A stretch of 46,585 nt of DNA, taken from IMG/VR virus record IMGVR_UViG_3300032305_001431, positions 1 to 46,585 of that record, one strand, 5' to 3'. Below, one piece after another: positions 34,307-42,225 of this stretch. A model generated the notes under the pieces. That model did not search any database. It was not told where the DNA came from and saw only the letters and a program-made list of their open reading frames with translations. The position numbers and the translations under genes were made by a program. This DNA is from a virus. Taxonomy: Duplodnaviria > Caudoviricetes. Each line of letters starts with the position of its first letter. Position 1 is the stretch's first letter.

Positions 34307-34643
34307 TAAGTTATTGATTCTACTAGGTGTTGTATAGAACTATCCATAGAATGTATAGATTCTCAAAAGTTATGTGCTTGATTTGTAAAGATAAAAAAAA
34401 ATTGCTGCACTGCATCCTGGATACTGTGGATAGTTCTATACAACTTTTGAGTGTCGTAAGTGCTTGATTAAGTTAAATAAAAAATTTCAAATCCATAGTA
34501 TCCATAGTATCCATAGTATTTCTCTTTTATTTCTCTTTTAAAAAAAAGAATAATACTAGTAGGGGGTATAAGTGAAATATACTGTGGATACTATGGATAC
34601 TGTGGATTGAAGTTCTATACATTAGAATAAAATCAATCACTTG
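34307..34643. promoter_or_regulatory. IHF consensus sites (WATCAANNNNTTR) x4
   Basis: 34307 TAAGTTATTGATT, 34371 (1 mismatch), 34457 TAAGTGCTTGATT, 34631 AATCAATCACTTG. Confidence 0.6.
34488..34608. other. Putative origin-like element B (twin of A)
   Basis: 36 bp identical to 22792-22827, then AT core and inverted TATCCAYAG iterons at near-identical spacing. Confidence 0.7.
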
Positions 34644-34720
34644 GAAGAAGGGCTGGTGGACAAAAACATCGTTTTTTGTATCCTGTCTTCTGTGGATACT
34701 ATGGATAGTTCTATACAATA

Positions 34721-34752
34721 GGGCGGATGTTGTATAGAAATTGCATAAGTAG
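34721..34752 (+). promoter_or_regulatory. Phage promoter GGGCG-N15-TTGCATAAGTAG
   Basis: GGGCGGATGTTGTATAGAAATTGCATAAGTAG. Confidence 0.8.
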
Positions 34753-34756
34753 ATGT

Positions 34757-34984
34757 ATGAAAAGACTTAATCCACTTACCAAATCCCCATACCGTTGTGG
34801 CGATCAGCACGGCGATATGTTCTTTTACAACTACAGGACCGACGTCCTATCCAACGGATTCCGTGGCGAACGTTGGCTCAGTCCGATTGCTTTTGAAAAA
34901 GCGCTAAGACGGGATAGACTAGCCAAACTGAAAAAACGGCGACAAGCTGGTAAGCTGCGACGCAGGTCTAAATATGACGATTAA
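34757..34984 (+). CDS. Basic hypothetical protein
   Basis: MKRLNPLTKSPYRCGD...GERWLSP. ATG lies at the inferred +1. Confidence 0.7.
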   Translation: MKRLNPLTKSPYRCGDQHGDMFFYNYRTDVLSNGFRGERWLSPIAFEKALRRDRLAKLKKRRQAGKLRRRSKYDD

Positions 34985-35255
34985 GTATTACGCATACCAA
35001 ATCAAAGGTTTGCTTGAGAAACCCGATAAAAGCATCGGAGCGATTTTAGTAATGATTTGCACCCCTACGGCGTTTGAAGAAGTCCAAGTGCCAGCCTCCG
35101 TTTTTAATAGGGAGACTCTGGCGTTTTTAAAATATCGAATTGCGGTGAACGACTTTATGGACATTAACAAACTGCCATGGGATATCATTAAAAAGATTCG
35201 AAGACCATTAAACCAGTACCTCGATGATTGGATTGCGAATGGCAATCTCAAGTAG
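34974..35255 (+). CDS. Hypothetical protein
   Basis: 93 aa, overlaps both neighbours. Confidence 0.65.
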   Translation: MTIKYYAYQIKGLLEKPDKSIGAILVMICTPTAFEEVQVPASVFNRETLAFLKYRIAVNDFMDINKLPWDIIKKIRRPLNQYLDDWIANGNLK

Positions 35256-36219
35256 CACCCCCATCCCTGTTCTAGATGGTTGGGCTTTAGCAAAAGACTT
35301 ATCCAAAGGTGATTGGGTCTTTTCTAAGGAGGGCAAACCTATCCAGATCAAAAGCATCCAGACTTACACCCCGGCGGAAATGTTTTGCGTGGCACTGTCC
35401 GATGGGGTTTATGTGCATGTGGATCAACACACCAAGTTCCCCGTCCAAACCCTATTTGATCGGCAAACAGAAAGCCGTTACCGTGGCATCTACAAACGCT
35501 GGGCAAAGCAACGCTATGCCAGCCCCTTAGAAATGCTCGAGCGTGGCTTAGACGGCGGGTACGATCAGGGGTTTTATTCGGTGCGTACTACGAAGCCCAT
35601 CCATTTTCCGTTTGAAGACCACCCCGTGCCACCCTTTATCGTGGGGATGTGGATGACACGAACCAACCCGAACAACCGTTACATGTTACGGGAGAGCGTG
35701 GTGGAGTATGTGCAAAAGGAAATCCGCAAAACGGGCTGGAGTTTTAAGATGCAATCCCGTAATGTCATGGAGATTCGCCCCTCGATTCGGACATCTTTCC
35801 TTACTCGATACCAGACTGTGCCGTCCAAACTGCCAATCGAGTACACCTTTGGCTCGGTGGAGCAACGAATTGATCTGTTACGGGGTGTGATCGCCACAAA
35901 ACCAGGTTCGTACAACGAAAAACTTGATAAGTTCTTGATTTTTAGTAGAAATTTAAACTTTTTGATTGTTTTGCAAGGGATTTGCGAGTCTCTTGGCATG
36001 AAAACGCAAGTTTTTGAGAATAAATCGTCTTTTACGCACCAAATTGCATTTAAGTCGCGACTTTTTTTAAATCCCCTTCAAAAAAGTCGCAAAATTTCGA
36101 AGCATTTTGATCGTAGGATCGTAAAAACCATCGAAAAGATTGACCCTAAACCCAGTATACACATCGTTACTGACGAACCATTTGTCGTAGGACAAGGATT
36201 TTTACCAATATGGCATTAA
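35239..36219 (+). CDS. Free-standing degenerate intein-like protein (Hint + LAGLIDADG), no exteins
   Basis: AISSSTPIPVLDGW...L.KGDWVF..EGKP (block A), PPFIVGMW, EQRIDLLRG, CESLGMK, C-terminal FVVGQGFLPIWH. Confidence 0.75.
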   Translation: MAISSSTPIPVLDGWALAKDLSKGDWVFSKEGKPIQIKSIQTYTPAEMFCVALSDGVYVHVDQHTKFPVQTLFDRQTESRYRGIYKRWAKQRYASPLEMLERGLDGGYDQGFYSVRTTKPIHFPFEDHPVPPFIVGMWMTRTNPNNRYMLRESVVEYVQKEIRKTGWSFKMQSRNVMEIRPSIRTSFLTRYQTVPSKLPIEYTFGSVEQRIDLLRGVIATKPGSYNEKLDKFLIFSRNLNFLIVLQGICESLGMKTQVFENKSSFTHQIAFKSRLFLNPLQKSRKISKHFDRRIVKTIEKIDPKPSIHIVTDEPFVVGQGFLPIWH

Positions 36220-37655
36220 CCAAAGGACAAGAAAAGTTACTTGCTAACTTTGCACAGAAAAACAAGCATTGGCCCAAGGATCAACTCGAATTAGCCCTGT
36301 GGCGGGTGCGTTGGGAGCTCCAAGCGCTTGATCACCAACGAGAACCCGACAACGGCGAGTATGACACCATGCTCATGTTGGCTGGTCGTGGTGCGGGTAA
36401 GACCTACACCGCCTCAAATTGGATTGGACTGCGTGCAGCCCTTAACGGCGGTACCCGATGGCTCGTAACTGCCCCGACATCAAACGACATTCGCGCGACA
36501 TGCTTTGAGGGTGACTCAGGTTTAATAAATATCATCCCGCCCGTTTTGATCGACACCTACAACAAATCGCTTTTTGAGATCCACCTTAAAAACGGCTCGA
36601 TCATCCAAGGTATCCCCGGCTCCGAACCAGAGCGTTACCGTGGTAAGCAGTTCCATGGGGCGTGGTTTGATGAGTTAGCTGCGTTTGACTACCTAGACGA
36701 CGCTTGGGATCAAGCACAGTTTACTTTGCGTTTGCGTGACCCACGCATAGCTCGAGTTCAGCAGATTGTTACCACCACCCCCAAGCCCAGAGAATTGATT
36801 GTTGACTTAAACGAGGGCAAGGTAGGGGGTGATGTGTATGTGGTAAACGCCAGCTCGTACGATAACCGAGCCAACCTCTCTAAATCGTTTTTTAAAGCCC
36901 TTGAGACATACGAAGGCACCGACCTTGGTAAACAGGAGATCTACGGTGCGATCCTCGATCCAGAAGACGCTGGTATTGTCAAGCGTAAGTGGTTTAAGAT
37001 GTGGCCAGCCAAGAAACCAACGCCCGTCTTGGAGTATGTGATCGCTTCATACGATCCAGCGACTTCGGAAAAGACTGTCAATGACCCAACCGCATGCGAG
37101 GTGTGGGGTGTGTTTGAGGACACCGACAAAGGCACTTGCATCATCCTTTTGGATGCATGGGATGCTCACATGTCTTACCCCGAGTTGCGTAGAAAGGTGG
37201 TTGACGACTACAAAGAAGTGGTGTACGGTGCGGACAACGACTTTGCCAAGGGTAGGAAAGCAGACCTCATTCTGATCGAGGATAAGTCGGCGGGCATTTC
37301 GCTCATCCAAGAGCTCCAGCAGTCTGGCACCCCCGTGCGGGGTTATAACCCGGGCAAAGCGGACAAGGTGCAGCGTTTGAACATCGTGGCACCGCTCATT
37401 GCCAAGGGCAAAGCGTATGTGCCAGAGAACCCCGAGATACCTGGCGAGTTTGCTGACTGGGCAAAACGGTTTATCCGTCAAGTCTGTTCGTTCCCAGAGT
37501 CTGGTGGGCACGATGACTATGTCGATGCCCTATCCCAAGCGTTACGGGTTTTACGGGATTCGGGTTGGATCTCGCTCGATCCCCTCCCGCACCGAGACTA
37601 CGACTATGCCGACGATGAGATGCGTAAGAAACGATACAACCCCTATGCGGTGTAG
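36210..37655 (+). CDS. terL: Terminase large subunit
   Basis: AGRGAGKT, RYRGKQFHGAWFDELA, VTTTPKP, SYDPA, IEDKSAG, HDDYVDALSQA. Confidence 0.95.
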   Translation: MALTKGQEKLLANFAQKNKHWPKDQLELALWRVRWELQALDHQREPDNGEYDTMLMLAGRGAGKTYTASNWIGLRAALNGGTRWLVTAPTSNDIRATCFEGDSGLINIIPPVLIDTYNKSLFEIHLKNGSIIQGIPGSEPERYRGKQFHGAWFDELAAFDYLDDAWDQAQFTLRLRDPRIARVQQIVTTTPKPRELIVDLNEGKVGGDVYVVNASSYDNRANLSKSFFKALETYEGTDLGKQEIYGAILDPEDAGIVKRKWFKMWPAKKPTPVLEYVIASYDPATSEKTVNDPTACEVWGVFEDTDKGTCIILLDAWDAHMSYPELRRKVVDDYKEVVYGADNDFAKGRKADLILIEDKSAGISLIQELQQSGTPVRGYNPGKADKVQRLNIVAPLIAKGKAYVPENPEIPGEFADWAKRFIRQVCSFPESGGHDDYVDALSQALRVLRDSGWISLDPLPHRDYDYADDEMRKKRYNPYAV

Positions 37656-37686
37656 GGCGGAAACACATCCCTTTTTGCATAAGTAG
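37655..37686 (+). promoter_or_regulatory. Phage promoter GGGCG-N15-TTGCATAAGTAG
   Basis: GGGCGGAAACACATCCCTTTTTGCATAAGTAG. Confidence 0.8.
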
Positions 37687-37718
37687 TAATAGAAGTCTTA
37701 TCTAAACTTTCTCACCCT

Positions 37719-38531
37719 ATGCTCCCATATCCAATCAAATCACCGCAAGAAATGATGTTTGAGTCTGCTGGCATTCCCCACATGCAAGCCGGTGGTCAAC
37801 CACCGTCGCCGGGCACAACTACTCGATTATCACGAGCAGCCACGCAAGATGGCGTGAGCGGTTTGGGTTCTATTGGTCCGTTGGTAGATATGACACCACC
37901 CAACCCCGTTTCGTTTTATCGCTCTAATCCGCAAAACAAATTTGGTGCAAAAGATCGATTGGAAACTTTGCCGTCTCGTGTGGATAAAACCACCATGCAA
38001 GATTTCATCAAGGCAATGAGAGCGGGTGAAAAGTATGGCGTGCCACAACTACCGCCCGAATACTTGGCGGCGTTGTTGTTGCAAGAAGGTCGTAGCGACT
38101 TTGGGTTTAATGAAATGAACATGAACAATCCAAGAGCTCGAATGATTGCAGAAATGTTAATGAAAGAAGGCTTTGATGATACTTCCGCTGGGTTTGGCGG
38201 AGCATTGTATGATAAAATGCAAACTGCAATGCGATTAAAAAAACCCTTCTCAACCGTTTGGAATGGCACAGGCGTTAGCATGTACGGCCAAACAGGAAAC
38301 CAATACACCGACAAATTTGGGCAAGGCTTTGGTGCGGTTATGCATCCTAAAAACGAACCCTTACTCGGATCGATTAAAGAAGCGTATAATTACCAACCAC
38401 CGCAACCACCGCAAGGTATTTCTGCTGAAGGTTTAGCAAACGCCATGCCAGTGTTTAATGCGGGTGGTTCGACAACACCGTTTTATGACATGAGTAAACT
38501 TGTCATTCAAAAACATTTATCTGGAAACTAA
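37719..38531 (+). CDS. Hypothetical protein, possible lysozyme-like fold
   Basis: KYGVP...LAALLLQEGRSDFG and WNGTG, flanked by MQAGG and FNAGG motifs. Confidence 0.55.
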   Translation: MLPYPIKSPQEMMFESAGIPHMQAGGQPPSPGTTTRLSRAATQDGVSGLGSIGPLVDMTPPNPVSFYRSNPQNKFGAKDRLETLPSRVDKTTMQDFIKAMRAGEKYGVPQLPPEYLAALLLQEGRSDFGFNEMNMNNPRARMIAEMLMKEGFDDTSAGFGGALYDKMQTAMRLKKPFSTVWNGTGVSMYGQTGNQYTDKFGQGFGAVMHPKNEPLLGSIKEAYNYQPPQPPQGISAEGLANAMPVFNAGGSTTPFYDMSKLVIQKHLSGN

Positions 38532-38534
38532 TTA

Positions 38535-41291
38535 ATGGCAAACCCCATTCTCCCCGTCCAAGCAGGAGCAACGCTTGAGTCGCTTGATCGTGATCAAGAC
38601 ATCGAGCAAACGCAAATGTCCGAGCAAGAGATTGAGGAATTAGAAGAGTCTCTTGGTTTAGAAGGCGAAGGCGAGTTAGATGAAGAGGTGATTGAGTTAG
38701 AAGATGGCTCTGTCATCATCAACTATGTTGCGACCGAAGGTCCCATGAAGAATCCCGAGTTCTATGCGAACTTGGCAGAAACCATGGACGAAGGCACGCT
38801 ACAAGGATTAGCAACAGAATTTTTGGATTTAATTGATGTCGATAGAGAATCACGAAAAGAACGAGATAAACAGTATGAAGATGGATTACGAAGAACCGGT
38901 CTTGGTAAAGACGCACCAGGCGGTGCCACGTTTGATGGCGCTAGTAAAGTGGTACACCCAGTTATGGCAGAGAGTTGCGTTGATTTCGCGGCTTCGTCAA
39001 CTCGTGAACTACTTCCGCCAGAAGGTATCGTAAAGTCCCACATTCGTGGTGAGGCAGATCGTGTTCGTTTAGAAGTGGCAGAGCGCAAGGCAAACTTCCT
39101 TAACTGGCAGTTAACCGAGCAAGTGCAAGAGTACCGTGATGAGATGGAGCAACTGCTCACTCAGTTACCGTTAGGTGGTTCGCAGTATTTGAAATGGCGT
39201 TACGACTACGAACAAAAACGCCCGATGACAGAGTGGATTCCAATTGACAACATTCTGTTACCATACGCAACAACCAACTTTTACACCTCGGCTCGTATTA
39301 CCGAAGTGCAAGACATTACTGAGGATGTGTTCCAACAGCGAGTAGATCAAGGTATCTACCGTGATATTGAAACAACCTACATTAGTGCGATTGAGTCAGA
39401 TGAAATGACTCAGTCTCAAAAAGCAAATAACAAGATTGAAGGCAAGCAAGAGCCATCTAAGAATGTTGATGGCGTGCGTCGTGTTTATGAAATCACATGT
39501 TTCTTGCGTTTAGATGATGATTCAGAAACCGAAGGCAAGCGTGCCCCGTATATTTTAACGATTGATGACTCCACCAGCAAGGTGTTGGCACTCTACAGAA
39601 ACTGGTGTTATGGCGATGAAAAACTGGAAAAATTGGATTGGTATGTTGAGTTTAAGTTCATTCCTTGGCGTGGCGCTTACGCTATTGGCCTTCCACATCT
39701 CATTGGTGGGCTTTCTGCTGCTCTTACCGGTGCTTTACGTGCTTTGCTTGACGCTGCTCATATTAACAATAGCCAAACGATGCTCAAGCTTAAAGGCGGA
39801 CGCATCAGCGGACAAAGCGACAGGATTGAACCGACGCAGGTTTTAGAAATTGAAGGCGCACCCGGGGTTGACGATGTACGCAAGCTGGCAATGCCCTTGC
39901 CGTTTAATCAGCCCTCCAATGTGCTCTTCCAACTGCTTGGATGGCTAACCGATGCTGCCAAGGGTGTGGTTACCACATCCGAAGAGAAGATCCGTGATGT
40001 TAATTCCAACGCTCCTGTTGGTACAACCCAAGCACTGATCGAGCAAGGTGCAAAAGTATTCTCCAGCATCCACGCTCGTTTACACCGTTCACAAGCCAAG
40101 TCATTAGCGATCCTCTCTCGTATCAACCATTGGTATTTGGGGGAGATGAACAACGAATCGGGTGAACCGATTGAGATTCGTGACTTTGCTGTTAACAACG
40201 ATATTCGTCCCGTTTCAGATCCCAATATTTTCTCTGAAACCCAGCGTTTGGCACAAGCTCAAGCCATTTTGCAACTGGCACAAGGCGCACCCCAACTGTA
40301 CAACATGCGTGAAGTTCATTTACGCATCTTACGCCAACTGAAGATCCCGAACATTAACGACATATTGCCAAACCCAGACGGCATCAAAGAAGCCAACCCA
40401 GCGTTGGAGAATGTGTCAATGACGATGGGCAGACCCGCAGCGGCGTACCCCGATCAAGATCACTTGGCTCACATCAAGGTGCATTTGATGTTTGCTATGG
40501 ATCCAAACTACGGTGCCAATCCAATTATTGGACCAGCGTTTACCCCGCACTTGCTTGAGCATTTGAAACAACACATTACGCTGCACTATCTGCAAACCAT
40601 GCGTAACTATGTTGGCCAAGCATCCGATGGCAAAGACATCTTTAAACTTAACGAAGAGCGTCCGTTGGATAAAACCAGCGAACAAGCCTTGGCAATTGCA
40701 TCGCAGATGGTGCAAATGGACGGGCAGGTTGAGTTCCAGCCAATCCAGCCAGCGATCCAGCAATTGATCCAGAAAGTACAACAAGGTCAGCAAGCTCAAC
40801 GCCAGCAAATGGCTGAGTCTGATCCAACGGCTCAAGTACTCATGAAGACTCAAATGGCTGAAACACAGCGTAAGGCACAAGAGGCTCAAATGAAGGCTCA
40901 GATGGAGTTGAAGAAACAAGAGCAAGACTTTGACATCAAGATCGTTGAGTTGCAACAAAAAGTTGACGAACTCATGGCGAAGTACAACACCCAAAGCCAG
41001 ATTGATAGCCAGAAGAATGCAAAAGACATTGCCTTGGCAAACATCAACAACGCAGCCAAAGAGCGAGTCGCACAAATTTCTGCAGGTGTTCAGATGGATC
41101 AACAACAACGCCAACTGGAGCACGAGCAAAACCAAGCCGCTATCCAAGCGACTCGAACTGCCGAAACTGAGATTTTAAAACATGGTATTGCAGTTGAACA
41201 ACAAGCATTCCAACAACAAGCCCAAGCAGTACAAGCACAACTAGAACAAGCTGCACAACAACAACCCCCAACAGGAGTAACAAATGTCTGA
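38535..41291 (+). CDS. Portal protein
   Basis: FYANLAE, GASKVVHPVMAE, PLGGS, APVGTT.ALIEQG.KV.S.IHARLH, Gln-rich C-terminal coil, follows TerL. Confidence 0.9.
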   Translation: MANPILPVQAGATLESLDRDQDIEQTQMSEQEIEELEESLGLEGEGELDEEVIELEDGSVIINYVATEGPMKNPEFYANLAETMDEGTLQGLATEFLDLIDVDRESRKERDKQYEDGLRRTGLGKDAPGGATFDGASKVVHPVMAESCVDFAASSTRELLPPEGIVKSHIRGEADRVRLEVAERKANFLNWQLTEQVQEYRDEMEQLLTQLPLGGSQYLKWRYDYEQKRPMTEWIPIDNILLPYATTNFYTSARITEVQDITEDVFQQRVDQGIYRDIETTYISAIESDEMTQSQKANNKIEGKQEPSKNVDGVRRVYEITCFLRLDDDSETEGKRAPYILTIDDSTSKVLALYRNWCYGDEKLEKLDWYVEFKFIPWRGAYAIGLPHLIGGLSAALTGALRALLDAAHINNSQTMLKLKGGRISGQSDRIEPTQVLEIEGAPGVDDVRKLAMPLPFNQPSNVLFQLLGWLTDAAKGVVTTSEEKIRDVNSNAPVGTTQALIEQGAKVFSSIHARLHRSQAKSLAILSRINHWYLGEMNNESGEPIEIRDFAVNNDIRPVSDPNIFSETQRLAQAQAILQLAQGAPQLYNMREVHLRILRQLKIPNINDILPNPDGIKEANPALENVSMTMGRPAAAYPDQDHLAHIKVHLMFAMDPNYGANPIIGPAFTPHLLEHLKQHITLHYLQTMRNYVGQASDGKDIFKLNEERPLDKTSEQALAIASQMVQMDGQVEFQPIQPAIQQLIQKVQQGQQAQRQQMAESDPTAQVLMKTQMAETQRKAQEAQMKAQMELKKQEQDFDIKIVELQQKVDELMAKYNTQSQIDSQKNAKDIALANINNAAKERVAQISAGVQMDQQQRQLEHEQNQAAIQATRTAETEILKHGIAVEQQAFQQQAQAVQAQLEQAAQQQPPTGVTNV

Positions 41292-41505
41292 TCAAAATTT
41301 AAAAGGTTTTCGCCAAATTTACCAAGAAACTGGTACATTAAGCAGTGGTGGCGGCCCCGGCGAGAAAAGCCTTGATGCTGGCCCATCTGGCTCACACCGT
41401 GATAACAACTGGAAAAAAGGCGCAGCCCAAAACAAGATGGCTAAAGACTGCAAAGTTGGCCCAGATAAAAATCTTAAAGATATTGGTGGCGGTAATTTTT
41501 ATTAA
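41284..41505 (+). CDS. Small hypothetical protein
   Basis: 73 aa, GGAG RBS. Confidence 0.65.
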   Translation: MSDQNLKGFRQIYQETGTLSSGGGPGEKSLDAGPSGSHRDNNWKKGAAQNKMAKDCKVGPDKNLKDIGGGNFY

Positions 41506-41508
41506 TTG

Positions 41509-41540
41509 GGGCGGAAATTTTAGTCTTTTTGCATAAGTAG
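41509..41540 (+). promoter_or_regulatory. Phage promoter GGGCG-N15-TTGCATAAGTAG
   Basis: GGGCGGAAATTTTAGTCTTTTTGCATAAGTAG. Confidence 0.8.
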
Positions 41541-41544
41541 TAAT

Positions 41545-41748
41545 ATGAAGGACTTAATTTCCGAACTAATCGAGCGCTTGAAAAGCGCTGACAAAGATAT
41601 AACCGAGGCACTAGCCTCTGGTTCCAACATCCATAACTTTGATGACTATCAGAGAATTTTGGGTAATCGTGAGGGCATACAACAAGCCCAAGCGATTTTA
41701 GACAGCCTCTTACGAGAGGATTCAGAAAACGACGAATGGAAGCCGTAG
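41545..41748 (+). CDS. Small head-module protein
   Basis: LASG...NFDDYQRILG..EGI pattern that precedes phage GroES-like genes. Confidence 0.75.
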   Translation: MKDLISELIERLKSADKDITEALASGSNIHNFDDYQRILGNREGIQQAQAILDSLLREDSENDEWKP

Positions 41749-41769
41749 GGCTTTATGGAGGCATGCCGT

Positions 41770-42210
41770 ATGGCACTCGATTTAAATCAAAAAGACGAAC
41801 CAGATCTTCGCTCAGAGGAAGAATGTTTTCCAACGATAGATCCTGGCATTGATGTAGCTGGTGACAGAGTTCTTGTGCAGTTAAGGCGAGAAAAAACCAC
41901 TAGCAAAGGTGGAATCATTCTGGTTGATGAAACCAGACAAACATTGCGGTTTAACGAAACCGTTGCCAAAGTAATACAGATTGGACCATTAGCATATAAA
42001 AGTCCCGATAACTTAGAGCCTTGGATTGAAGGCGCTTGGTGTAAAGAAGGGGACTTAGTTCGGACAATCAAATACGGTGGTGATCGATTCGTAGTAAATC
42101 CCGATGACGGCGGTGCTCCCGTGGTGTTTATCACCATACAAGCACGTGAGATCATTTCTCGCATTAGAAGTTTTGAATATGCGCAGAAAATGAAAGCCTT
42201 TGTAGACTAA
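41770..42210 (+). CDS. GroES-like co-chaperonin
   Basis: GDRVLVQ, TSKGGIIL, KVIQIGPLAY, WCKEGDLV..IKYGGDRF. Confidence 0.85.
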   Translation: MALDLNQKDEPDLRSEEECFPTIDPGIDVAGDRVLVQLRREKTTSKGGIILVDETRQTLRFNETVAKVIQIGPLAYKSPDNLEPWIEGAWCKEGDLVRTIKYGGDRFVVNPDDGGAPVVFITIQAREIISRIRSFEYAQKMKAFVD

Positions 42211-42225
42211 TTTTGAAAGAAAATT

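Noticed and set aside
40416-41147. 243-aa antisense ORF in portal and other shadow ORFs
   Set aside because: Expected antisense openness of Gln-rich or codon-biased genes, with no independent signals
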